32,100 bases of DNA from positions 1 through 32,100 of the forward strand of contig CAZNHI010000002.1 in the NCBI GenBank assembly GCA_964572535.1, read 5' to 3'. A program made the position numbers and the translations under genes. This DNA comes from an uncultured Dehalococcoidia bacterium (GTDB lineage: Bacteria > Chloroflexota > Dehalococcoidia > DSTF01 > WHTK01). Of this stretch, positions 8,537-16,970 are shown piece by piece. The notes under the pieces are model-generated. The model saw only the letters and a list, made by a program, of their open reading frames with translations. It did no database searches and was not told the origin of the DNA. The number at the start of each line of letters is the position of its first letter. Within the stretch, counting starts at the first letter, position 1.

Positions 8537-8944
8537 TTATGCGAGTAGTTGAGTAACGAGGTCGAGGAGTCGCTCGGGATCAAATGGCTTCTCTATCGCG
8601 GCCTCGGCACCGAACTCTCGCTGGGCGGCGCGGGCTCCGTAGGCCGAGGCAATCAAGACTGGCGTGTCCTGATCCCTTGAGCGCAGCTCTTTCAGGAAGG
8701 TGCGCCCGTCCATGCGGGGCATCCTAAGGTCCAGGATGATGATGTCCACCGCCTGACCGTCCAGCAGTTCCAGTGCAGCAAGACCATCGGTCGCGGTAAG
8801 GACGTTGAGCCCCGCAACAGCGAGAACCGCGGAGACCATCTTCGTGAGGTTTCGGTCGTCATCGACGATCAAGACGTTACGGGTGATTGTAAGTTGCGTC
8901 TCAGATTGCAAGGCTTCGCTGGTCGTTGGGCACATACAGGACAA
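8537..8944 (-). CDS. single-domain response regulator (receiver only)
   Basis: VLIVDDD...IILDLRMPRMDGRTF...KPFDPERLL. Paralogous to 16180..16578. The start codon is uncertain (TTG 8944 or ATG 8935; no clear SD). Confidence 0.85.
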   Translation of the reverse strand: MSCMCPTTSEALQSETQLTITRNVLIVDDDRNLTKMVSAVLAVAGLNVLTATDGLAALELLDGQAVDIIILDLRMPRMDGRTFLKELRSRDQDTPVLIASAYGARAAQREFGAEAAIEKPFDPERLLDLVTQLLA

Positions 8945-9116
8945 CCATTTTGTTTATTCTAAGGAGACTATCTTCATTTTCGTTCACTGCTTTTCATAAT
9001 AGAAGCGCAAATGGCAGTTATTGTGGCCTTCAAACCTCTTTGAAAGAACCCTGAAATAGCCGAAGCGACAAATTCGTGCCCAAGTCAAATGCGATAAAAA
9101 TGAAAGCCGACCCTGC

Positions 9117-10649
9117 TTGTTTCAGTCACTATCTTGGATAGCCTATCGAATGGAAATGCTAGAGCTTAGAGAGTCAGACGTGCCCAAGCCATGGCGACTT
9201 CGATCGCGCATCAGTCTGGCCCTGGTCGCCCTTTTCGTCGCGATCTTCGGGATGATAGTGACCCGGCTCGCAGCCGCTGCAGGGGCCATTGCGCGCGGCG
9301 AATCAACTCGTGATCTGCTTGGGACGCGGCATTCGGATGCGGAGATCGCGACGCTGGCGGCGACTATGGAGATGATGCAGCGGTCGATTCAGGTACGGGA
9401 AGAACAGCTGCGAGGTCAGAGCGCCGTTCTGGAATCAATCGAGCGCATGGGTGAGTCGCTGGCAAGCGAGTTAGACCTGGACAAGGTGGTCAGCGCCATA
9501 ACCAGGGCTGGCCTCGAACTGGCGGAAGCGGAGGCGGCAGTTTTCCTACTGCGACTGAACGTTGATGGCCAATTCGAGGTCATCGACTCTACCGGGCGGG
9601 AACAGTGCGTGATCCTGACATCGGATGATCCGCTGATGCAAGAGGTGCTTCATGGCCACAGAGTGCATATCTCCGACCTTACTGCTGTGTCGGGACGTCC
9701 GGCTGCTGCTAACAATGAGCGTGGCGCCAGGAGCGTGCTTGGCCTGCCGGTCATGTCGCGATCTGGTGAAATTGAGGGCGCGCTCGTTCTGTTCCACACC
9801 GGCGATGACGCGTTCAGCAGCCTCCATCAACGACTAGCTCTAGGCCTGGCTCGCTGGGCAGGTATCGTTGTCGAAAACGCCAAGCTCTACAAGCAGAGTC
9901 AGGAAGTCCTGGAATTGCTCCGTCACGCCAATGTTTCCAAGGACGAATTCCTGGCCATCGTCTCGCATGAGTTGCGAACTCCGATTACCACGATCTACGG
10001 TGGTTCTCGGCTTCTAAAGGTACGGCGCAAGGGCATGCCCGAAGAAGCTGTCGATGAGTTGGTCGAGTCGGTTTCCGAGGAGGCGGAGCGCTTGTACCTT
10101 CTTGTGGAGGACCTGCTCGCGATCGCCCGGACCGAGATGTCAGAGGAGGTCGAGCGGGAACCGGTCGCACTGGGCTTGATCGTTGAGCAAGCCGTCGCGC
10201 AGTTCTCACGAGCCCACGAACGGCAGGTCGAGGTCCAAATCGAGACTGACATGGCCCCTGCCCTTGGCGAGTCGACGTATGTGCAGCAGGTGGTAACTAA
10301 TCTGCTCTCGAACGCTCACAAGTACTCACCTTCTGAGCATCCCATCGAAGTCGAAGCGACTTGCGATGGAGAGGAGCTGACAGTCCGCGTAATGGACCGC
10401 GGCCCGGGCGTCCCCGAGGCTGAGCTCGAGCAGATCTTCGAGAGCTTCTACCGCTCTCCGGAGGCCGCGGAGCAGGCTACGGGCAAGGGACTGGGCCTTA
10501 CGGTATGCAAGAGGCTGATCGAAGCCCTTGGAGGACGCATCTGGGCGCAGAACCGGCTCGATTCGGGACTCGTCGTTGCATTCACACTCAAAGTTGCGCC
10601 AATGGAGGCCACGGAAGCGATAGACCTGCCTCTCTCGCCGGCCGGTTAA
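9117..10649 (+). CDS. membrane-anchored GAF-domain sensor histidine kinase
   Basis: One TM segment (LALVALFVAIFGMIV) and a GAF-like middle region. H-box SHELRTPITTI, N-box LLSNAHKYS, G-boxes DRGPGV and GKGLGL. The start may be TTG 9117 or ATG 9150. Confidence 0.85.
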   Translation: MFQSLSWIAYRMEMLELRESDVPKPWRLRSRISLALVALFVAIFGMIVTRLAAAAGAIARGESTRDLLGTRHSDAEIATLAATMEMMQRSIQVREEQLRGQSAVLESIERMGESLASELDLDKVVSAITRAGLELAEAEAAVFLLRLNVDGQFEVIDSTGREQCVILTSDDPLMQEVLHGHRVHISDLTAVSGRPAAANNERGARSVLGLPVMSRSGEIEGALVLFHTGDDAFSSLHQRLALGLARWAGIVVENAKLYKQSQEVLELLRHANVSKDEFLAIVSHELRTPITTIYGGSRLLKVRRKGMPEEAVDELVESVSEEAERLYLLVEDLLAIARTEMSEEVEREPVALGLIVEQAVAQFSRAHERQVEVQIETDMAPALGESTYVQQVVTNLLSNAHKYSPSEHPIEVEATCDGEELTVRVMDRGPGVPEAELEQIFESFYRSPEAAEQATGKGLGLTVCKRLIEALGGRIWAQNRLDSGLVVAFTLKVAPMEATEAIDLPLSPAG

Positions 10650-10667
10650 GAAAGGAAGGGACGTTCT

Positions 10668-10715
10668 TTGAAGAAAGAGCCTACTCCGACTTTGAAGAAA
10701 GAGCTTACTCCGACA
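10668..10715 (+). repeat. 24-bp tandem duplication spanning the start codon of the response regulator
   Basis: TTGAAGAAAGAGCCTACTCCGACT / TTGAAGAAAGAGCTTACTCCGACA, encoding (M/L)KKEPTPT-LKKELTPT. Confidence 0.9.
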
Positions 10716-11441
10716 ACGGTTCCACTCATTCTGGTGGTTGATGATGACGCTAACATCCTGCAATTCGTGAAGCTGGAGTTGACGAGCCAGGAGTTCCGCG
10801 TAGCGACCTCACAGGACGGCGCCGAGGCCCTTAAGATAGTCGAGGAGCAGCGGCCAGACCTCGTCATCCTGGACGTTGTGATGCCGAACATGAGCGGGCT
10901 AGAGGTAATGCGGCGCCTGAGAGAAACCAGCGGCGTGCCGATCATCCTGCTCACGGGCCGAAACCGCGACCAGGATAAGGTCCGCGGTCTAGATATGGGC
11001 GCGGATGACTACCTCGCTAAGCCATTCAACCCAGACGAGCTCAGCGCTCGAGTGCGCGCCATTCTCAGGCGTGGCCATGCGTTGGACGAGCGTCCCCACC
11101 CAATTGTAAGAAACGGGAACATTGAAATCGATCTGGTCAAGCGATTGGTTACGAAGGACGGCGAACTTGTCACTTTGACAAGAACCGAATGGCTGCTCCT
11201 CCAGTATCTGGCGACGAACGCCGGCCGCGTCATCGTCAACGCAGAGTTGTTGACCCGTGTCTGGGGCGTGGAATATTCCACCGACGTCCAGTACCTCCGC
11301 GTTTGGATCTCGCGGATCCGTCACAAGCTCGGGGAGGAGACTGCCAACCGCACGCTGATCAAGACCATGCCGGGTGTCGGCTATCTGCTTCAAGCCGATG
11401 AACCCGTGCCTGATGCAGGCGGCATGGTAGCAGCTGTATAA
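10668..11441 (+). CDS. OmpR/KdpE-like DNA-binding response regulator
   Basis: Receiver domain (LVVDDD...LDVVMPNMSG...KPF) plus a winged-helix output (LTRTEWLLLQYLATNAGRVI...YLRVWISRIRHKL...GVGYLL). Lies 18 nt after the kinase stop. Confidence 0.9.
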   Translation: MKKEPTPTLKKELTPTTVPLILVVDDDANILQFVKLELTSQEFRVATSQDGAEALKIVEEQRPDLVILDVVMPNMSGLEVMRRLRETSGVPIILLTGRNRDQDKVRGLDMGADDYLAKPFNPDELSARVRAILRRGHALDERPHPIVRNGNIEIDLVKRLVTKDGELVTLTRTEWLLLQYLATNAGRVIVNAELLTRVWGVEYSTDVQYLRVWISRIRHKLGEETANRTLIKTMPGVGYLLQADEPVPDAGGMVAAV

Positions 11442-11444
11442 GCC

Positions 11445-11981
11445 TCAAACCGGGTCGCGCTTTGGCTTTGTCTCTTCCGCTTCCTTTTCCAGCGATTCCA
11501 TATCGCTGGCCAACTTGCGGATTTCTGTTGGCTCCTGCATCTTGGCGATTTCGGCATCATCGCTTCCGGGCAGGGCCAGGTGATCGCGAATCTCAGTCAG
11601 CATGACTATTAGCTTGGTGACTTCACTTTCAGCGATGAGATTGACCTGCAGGTCGAGCTTTGCGCGCTTATCTGCAAGGCCGGCCTGGCGATTCTCACTG
11701 ATCAGCACGAAGGTCGCGAGAAAGATCGCCTCCAATGAGACGATCATCGTCAGAAAAGTGAACGGATACGGGTCGAATCCCCACACACCCGGAAGATTGA
11801 CAACGACCCACGCGGAGAACCACGCAACATGCAGCCAGACGTACAGCATGCTGCCGGCTGCACCGGTGATTGCCTTCGCCAAGTTGTCGCCGAGGGTCAT
11901 GCGGATATTGTCGCGTTGCTCCAAATCGACCATCTCTCGGACCGTCGAGTGTGCTCCTGTTTCCTGGTTTCCGTTGATCAC
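11445..11981 (-). CDS. DUF1003-family membrane protein
   Basis: FDPYPFTFLTMIVSLEAIFLATFVLISENRQ is the typical DUF1003 core. Two TM helices. GTG start with AGGTGA upstream. Confidence 0.7.
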   Translation of the reverse strand: MINGNQETGAHSTVREMVDLEQRDNIRMTLGDNLAKAITGAAGSMLYVWLHVAWFSAWVVVNLPGVWGFDPYPFTFLTMIVSLEAIFLATFVLISENRQAGLADKRAKLDLQVNLIAESEVTKLIVMLTEIRDHLALPGSDDAEIAKMQEPTEIRKLASDMESLEKEAEETKPKRDPV

Positions 11982-12016
11982 GTTGTCACCTGCGTCGGTT
12001 TGAGGCTACCTCGGCA

Positions 12017-12607
12017 CTAAAGAAGGTCTTTGCGAGCTTGCGCAGCCCTCGCGGCGCCAATCGCCGTCTTGACACTCTTTTCTTCCTCAGGTGGTGGAAG
12101 CACCGCAGGCATACCCAGGGAATCGATCCAGAGTTCTCTGGCCCAGCCCATGGTGTGGTAGAGGTGTTCGTCCTCCTCGTCCTCGACCTCTTCGACAGCT
12201 CGCTTTATCGCCGTTGCAGTTTTGCCTGAGGCGGCATTGGCCACTTGTTGCAGTAATGTCCAGTTCTGGTGGTCCTTGGTTTCCGCCAGCACCACGCACT
12301 CAGCAGCGAAGATTTCCGCGGCTCCGGCATTTGCGCTTCGCCCTATCGCCATGGCAGCGATCAGCGACTCTCCGATGTGGCGAACTATGCGACGGCCGGG
12401 AGTCTCGATAGACGCGTCAAGTGAAAGCTCGGCAAAGCAGTCTCGAAGAACCTGCTCGTGGTGTTCCGTTTGTTCGAGGTACTTTGTCCATTCCTCTTGC
12501 AAATTCGGATCCTGTGCGCATTTGATTGCGGCCTTGTAGATGTCTTGACCGCCGATTTCTGTCTCCAATGCTTGATACAACAGCTCGTTGACCTGCTTCG
12601 TGTTCAT
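12017..12607 (-). CDS. ferritin-like (four-helix-bundle) stress protein
   Basis: Start moved to ATG 12607 (MNTKQVNELLYQALETEIGG), preceded by AAGGAGA. Repeated E/H-rich helices (EQTEHHEQ, EDEEDEHLYH). Confidence 0.6.
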   Translation of the reverse strand: MNTKQVNELLYQALETEIGGQDIYKAAIKCAQDPNLQEEWTKYLEQTEHHEQVLRDCFAELSLDASIETPGRRIVRHIGESLIAAMAIGRSANAGAAEIFAAECVVLAETKDHQNWTLLQQVANAASGKTATAIKRAVEEVEDEEDEHLYHTMGWARELWIDSLGMPAVLPPPEEEKSVKTAIGAARAAQARKDLL

Positions 12608-12803
12608 TTGGATTCTCCTTGTTCTGACTAGTCTCCATCTCGGAATCTCAATATGACTTAGGGGCATAGCACGGAGAGCTAAGACACCCGTGAGCGATCT
12701 TGCAAAATGCGTCTACTTCTCTAGCTAGGAGATAGGAGCTCGGCTTGAAGGCTTGAGCTGCCAGCCGAGAGCGGTCAAAGGTTGAAGCAGCGCTATTTAC
12801 TAC

Positions 12804-12848
12804 TTTGTAATCGCGATCGCTGCCGCCACTCGCATGCCCTTTACTAGG
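12804..12848 (+). promoter_or_regulatory. bipartite motif TTTGTAAT-N27-CTTTACTAGG upstream of the DUF6458/GlsB/DUF1232 operon
   Basis: Same two boxes with the same 27-nt spacing as at 17859-17903. Ends 49 nt before ATG 12898. Confidence 0.4.
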
Positions 12849-12897
12849 GGCCGCCTACAGTTCGCATGTCGGTTAGTTCCCGACAAGGAGGACGAAG

Positions 12898-13113
12898 ATG
12901 GCTACAGGATTGAGTCTCTTATTGTTGGCAGCCGGCGCGGTCATCGCGTTTGGTGTGAACGCCCAGGTTTCAGGCATCGAAGTGCAGACAATCGGCATCA
13001 TCTTGTTTGTAGTGGGCATCGTAGGGCTGGCGTTCTCGATGTTGTTCCTGGCAAGCTTCGCGCCGTTTGCGACCCGCGAAACTCGCGAAATCAACACGCA
13101 CGATCACCTTTAA
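12898..13113 (+). CDS. small two-TM membrane protein (DUF6458-like)
   Basis: AAGGAGG 6 nt upstream. MATGLSLLLLAAGAVIAFGVNAQVSGIEVQTIGIILFVVGIVGLAFSMLF. Confidence 0.6.
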   Translation: MATGLSLLLLAAGAVIAFGVNAQVSGIEVQTIGIILFVVGIVGLAFSMLFLASFAPFATRETREINTHDHL

Positions 13114-13145
13114 CGACGGAGTGGCTGGCAAGGAGGAAACGTAAA

Positions 13146-13412
13146 ATGAGTATTCTGGCTTGGATTCTGGTCGGCCTCGTTGCCGGGGTGCTAGCAAAGT
13201 TCCTGTTGCCAGGGAGAGACCCAGGCGGCATCATCATTACCACTCTCTTGGGGATCGGTGGCGCCATCGTGGGAGGCTACTTGGCCGTCGCGTTGAACAT
13301 CAGCAACGGCGTGGACGACTTGGATGTCGGCACGATTGCGTTGGCCGTCGCTGGCGCAGTGCTGATCCTGTTCGTTTACCGGCTGGTGCTGGGCGATCGA
13401 GTCCGCGCCTAG
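13146..13412 (+). CDS. GlsB/YeaQ/YmgE-family stress-response membrane protein
   Basis: ATG 13146 after AAGGAGGAAA. MSILAWILVGLVAGVLAKFLLPGRDPGGIIITTLLGIGGAIVGG is typical of the family. Confidence 0.85.
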   Translation: MSILAWILVGLVAGVLAKFLLPGRDPGGIIITTLLGIGGAIVGGYLAVALNISNGVDDLDVGTIALAVAGAVLILFVYRLVLGDRVRA

Positions 13413-13421
13413 GAGACAACA

Positions 13422-13769
13422 GTGCCGTTACTGCTGCGATTCCTCGCCATCCCGGTCATCTGGATGATTGTGCGCCGTCAGCGTTCTTCGCGAGCGCCAG
13501 TGATCGACGAGATCGAGAAGTTGAACTTTAGCAGGCGCCTAAAGCTGACCTGGAGCCTGGCGAGGGACGAGAGGGTACCGATTTACGTGCGGCCCCTCTT
13601 GCTCCTACCCGCGCTCTACCTGGCATCACCGATCGATGTGATACCGGATTTCGTGCCGGTAGTGGGGAAGCTCGACGACGCGTTCGTGGCATCGACAGCC
13701 TATTCGTTGCTGGTGCGATTCGTGCCGCCTGCGGTCCTGAGAGAGCATGTGGACTTAGCCTCGGGCTAG
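13422..13769 (+). CDS. DUF1232 (YkvA-like) membrane protein
   Basis: ASPIDVIPDFVPVVGKLDDAFV core motif. GTG start 10 nt after the upstream stop. Confidence 0.75.
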   Translation: MPLLLRFLAIPVIWMIVRRQRSSRAPVIDEIEKLNFSRRLKLTWSLARDERVPIYVRPLLLLPALYLASPIDVIPDFVPVVGKLDDAFVASTAYSLLVRFVPPAVLREHVDLASG

Positions 13770-13937
13770 ATCGTCGCACTTGACGCTCTGTCGCGAATAT
13801 CTTGGCTGGCGTTGGTCAAGAGGTAAGTCTGAGGGCGCCCACCGTACCTCCCCAGGCGACCCTCAAAACGAGTCGCAAGCTTTTTGTAATCCCGCTGTCC
13901 TAGCGTTTCCACCTGTGGGTGCTAACTTGATAACGAC

Positions 13938-16187
13938 ATGCAGGAAGTGAAGCCCGGAGCTCCGTCTCTTGAGGGACTGCTCTTAGAGAGCGATGTGACG
14001 CATCGCATTCTCGCGGCATTGGGCGTCGCTGTTTACACGACCGATGCCGAGGGCGTCATCACCTTTTACAACGAGGCTGCGGCTGAGCTTTGGGGACGAC
14101 GCCCCGAGGTCGGCGTTGACATGTGGTGCGGATCCTGGCGCATCCTCCGCCCGGATGGAACCGTACTCCCGCACGCAGAATGCCCTATGGCGAGAGCGCT
14201 CAAAGAGAACGTTGCCGTCCGGGGCGAGGAAGCAATCGCCGAGCGGCCGGACGGCTCCAGAGTATGGTTCATGCCCTACCCCACACCGCTTCAGGATTCC
14301 TTTGGGAGGCTCGTAGGCGCTGTCAATGTGCTTGTCGACATTACCGAGCGAAAGCAGGCGGAACTGGATGTTCTAGAGGACGAGCAGCGCCTCCGGGAGC
14401 TCATTTCCGGAATGGGAGTCGCCGTTTATACGACCGACGCAGCCGGCCGCGTCACCATGTACAACGAGATTGCCGCTGAACTCTGGGGACGGCGGCCGGA
14501 GATTGGCAAGGAGATGTGGTCCGGCGCATGGCGCATGCTGCGGCCTGATGGCTCCTTGCTACCCCCGGAAGAAACGCCCATGGCCATAGCCCTGAAAGAG
14601 GGCCGGCCCGTACGCGGCGTCGAAGCCCTCGTCGAACGGCCAGATGGGACCCGCATCTGGATTGAGCCGACTCCGACGCCGCTCCGTGATTCCTCCGGCA
14701 GGATGGTTGGCGCCGTGAACGTATTTCAAGATGTCACGCCGCGCAAGGAAGCCGAGGTCGCGCTGCAGAAGAGTGAAGAGGAGTTTCGCGACTTCTTCGA
14801 CAATTCCCCTATGCCCCTCCATTGGGTCGACCGTGCAGGGCGAATCATCCGGGCCAACCGGGCAGAGCTCAACTTGCTGGGCTACGACGAATCTCAGTAT
14901 TTGGGCCATCACGTTAGCGAGTTCCAAGTAGAGCCGCCCGTCGAGATGCTGGATCGCCTGGGCAGTGGCGAAGTACTTCGCGAATATGAGGCGAGGCTGC
15001 GGTGCCAGGACGGGTCAATACGAGACGTGCTGATCGATTCCAGCGTCTTGTGGCGTAACGGTGAGTTCGTGCACACGCGCTGCTTTACGCGCGACATCAC
15101 AGATAAGAAGCTCGCAGACGAAGCTGTATACCGGTTGAGCGCGATTGTCGAGTCCTCGGACGACGCGATCGTCAGCAAGGATCTAAACGGAATCATCCAG
15201 TCCTGGAACCCTGGTGCCAGCCGGCTCTTCGGCTACTCCGCGGAGGAGGCTATTGGCCAATCGATCCGGCTGATCATTCCTCCGGAGCACCAGCACGAGG
15301 AGGACGAAGTACTAAGACGACTCCGGCAAGGTGAGCGCGTCGAGCACTTCGAGACCATCAGGCGCCGGAAGGAGGGTACAGCCGTCCCAATTTCGCTCTC
15401 CGTTTCTCCACTAAGAGACGATCGAGGCAGGGTCATCGGAGCTTCGAAAATTGCCCGGGACATCACGGAGCGGAAGCAGGCCGAGGAGGAGATGAGGGCG
15501 GCTGGTGCCCTGAAAGATCAGTTCCTCAGTCTGGTGTCTCATGAATTGAGGACACCCATTTCTACAGTGCTAGCTAACGCTCTGATCCTCTCAAGGCGGG
15601 GGGCGCAAGTCGCCGAGGCGGACCGCCTGCAAGCACTCCAAGACATCGCTTCCGAGGCTGAGCGACTACAGCGTGTAGTTGAGAATCTTCTGTTGTTGAC
15701 TCGATTGGAGGCATCGAGAGGACTCGAGTTCGAGCCATTGGACATCGAGGAAGTATTGTGTGGGCCGGTCGCCGCGTTCCGGCACCGCAACCCTGGACGA
15801 ACGGTTGATGTTGTAAACGGAGTAGACGGCGCCCGCGTCCAAGGGCAGCAAGAGTTGCTGGAGATGGTTATTGACAACCTTCTCAGCAACGCCGGGAAGT
15901 ACAGCTCACCTGAGACTTCAATTGAGGTCAAGGTAAGTAGAAACGCAGATGGTCACGTGGAGTTCAGCGTCCTCGATCGTGGGATAGGCATCGATGACTC
16001 GGATCTTGAGGAGTTGTTCGCACCATTCTATCGAGCTGCTTCTGCCGCGGAGTGTGCAACAGGAATGGGCCTCGGCCTTGCAGTCTGCAGGCGAATAGTC
16101 GAGGTCCATGGTGGCCGCATTAGTGCACGCAGACGGCCTGGCGGAGGTTCAACCTTCTCGTTTGTGTTGATGCAATTAGATGCCTGA
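13938..16187 (+). CDS. cytoplasmic sensor histidine kinase with four PAS domains
   Basis: Four PAS-like modules, the first two a tandem duplicate. H-box SHELRTPISTV, N-box LLSNAGKYS, DRGIGI, GMGLGL. No TM segment. Confidence 0.9.
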   Translation: MQEVKPGAPSLEGLLLESDVTHRILAALGVAVYTTDAEGVITFYNEAAAELWGRRPEVGVDMWCGSWRILRPDGTVLPHAECPMARALKENVAVRGEEAIAERPDGSRVWFMPYPTPLQDSFGRLVGAVNVLVDITERKQAELDVLEDEQRLRELISGMGVAVYTTDAAGRVTMYNEIAAELWGRRPEIGKEMWSGAWRMLRPDGSLLPPEETPMAIALKEGRPVRGVEALVERPDGTRIWIEPTPTPLRDSSGRMVGAVNVFQDVTPRKEAEVALQKSEEEFRDFFDNSPMPLHWVDRAGRIIRANRAELNLLGYDESQYLGHHVSEFQVEPPVEMLDRLGSGEVLREYEARLRCQDGSIRDVLIDSSVLWRNGEFVHTRCFTRDITDKKLADEAVYRLSAIVESSDDAIVSKDLNGIIQSWNPGASRLFGYSAEEAIGQSIRLIIPPEHQHEEDEVLRRLRQGERVEHFETIRRRKEGTAVPISLSVSPLRDDRGRVIGASKIARDITERKQAEEEMRAAGALKDQFLSLVSHELRTPISTVLANALILSRRGAQVAEADRLQALQDIASEAERLQRVVENLLLLTRLEASRGLEFEPLDIEEVLCGPVAAFRHRNPGRTVDVVNGVDGARVQGQQELLEMVIDNLLSNAGKYSSPETSIEVKVSRNADGHVEFSVLDRGIGIDDSDLEELFAPFYRAASAAECATGMGLGLAVCRRIVEVHGGRISARRRPGGGSTFSFVLMQLDA

Positions 16188-16578
16188 AGCTCACATTCTT
16201 GTGGTCGATGATGATCCAAACTTACTTCGCTCGGTGAGACTTTCGCTGGTTCTCGAGGATTTCAGCGTGGAGACCGCTAGAGACGGCTTGGAAGCACTCG
16301 AAAAGGTCGACAAGGCCACCTTCGATCTCATAGTTCTCGATCTCCAGATGCCCCGAATGGATGGAAGAACTTTCTATCGCGAGATGCGCTCTCTCGGCCT
16401 GGATACGCCCGTGGTTGTCCTCTCCGCCTATGGGGCCGAAGCTGCCTGCGCCCAGCTGGGGGCCGACGGAGCCGTGGCGAAGCCGTTCGATCCGGACAGG
16501 CTGCTGGATGAGATTCGGAGGCTCCTTGGTGAACATGGACCAGAAGTGGCCCGCATCCTCAATCCCCAGACACGTTGA
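16180..16578 (+). CDS. single-domain response regulator (receiver only)
   Basis: ILVVDDD...VLDLQMPRMDGRTF...KPFDPDRLL. The ATG overlaps the kinase stop by 8 nt. Confidence 0.85.
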   Translation: MPEAHILVVDDDPNLLRSVRLSLVLEDFSVETARDGLEALEKVDKATFDLIVLDLQMPRMDGRTFYREMRSLGLDTPVVVLSAYGAEAACAQLGADGAVAKPFDPDRLLDEIRRLLGEHGPEVARILNPQTR

Positions 16579-16970
16579 ACCGAGGCCTCAGCTTGGACGA
16601 AAAGCGGGTAATACTCGTCGACGATGACGTACCGACCTCCCGGTTTATGAGGCTGATCCTTGAACCTGAGGGATACGCTTTGGCTGTGGCGAAGACTCGC
16701 GACGAGGCCCTGACGTTACTCTCCAAAGACCTGCCCGACGCGATTGTTATGGATTACCGCATGCCGGGCCTCGCCGTCACGAGCTTTGTCCACAATGCCA
16801 GGGCGCTCGGGTTTCAAGGCCCCATCCTCCTCTGCACTGCGACACGTCAAGAGCTCCACCTGCCGGTGGATGACGTCCTGTTCAAGCCATTTGATCCAAA
16901 CGACCTGACCAGGAAGCTCTCAGTACTGCTGTCCACCAGGTCCCGCGGTATGACTGACCTAGAGGCCTGA
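16575..16970 (+). CDS. single-domain response regulator (divergent receiver)
   Basis: ILVDDD...VMDYRMPG...FKPFDPNDL. The TTG start overlaps the upstream TGA (TTGA). Confidence 0.7.
   Translation: MNRGLSLDEKRVILVDDDVPTSRFMRLILEPEGYALAVAKTRDEALTLLSKDLPDAIVMDYRMPGLAVTSFVHNARALGFQGPILLCTATRQELHLPVDDVLFKPFDPNDLTRKLSVLLSTRSRGMTDLEA

Noticed and set aside
7397-8548. Long plus-strand ORF (383 aa). Similar long ORFs occur at 2021..2719, 25640..26392, 26458..27174, 29198..29833 and 30973..32016.
   Set aside because: All lie antisense to genes with clear family signatures. They have Arg/Ala/Pro-rich, low-complexity products typical of shadow ORFs in high-GC DNA, and no motifs were recognised.
12721-12728. 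CTAGCTAG palindrome and several other CTAG-containing strings in island intergenic regions, considered as a common operator.
   Set aside because: Apart from the CTTTACTAGG pair reported above, the contexts do not align with each other. The observation may only reflect AT-richer intergenic composition.
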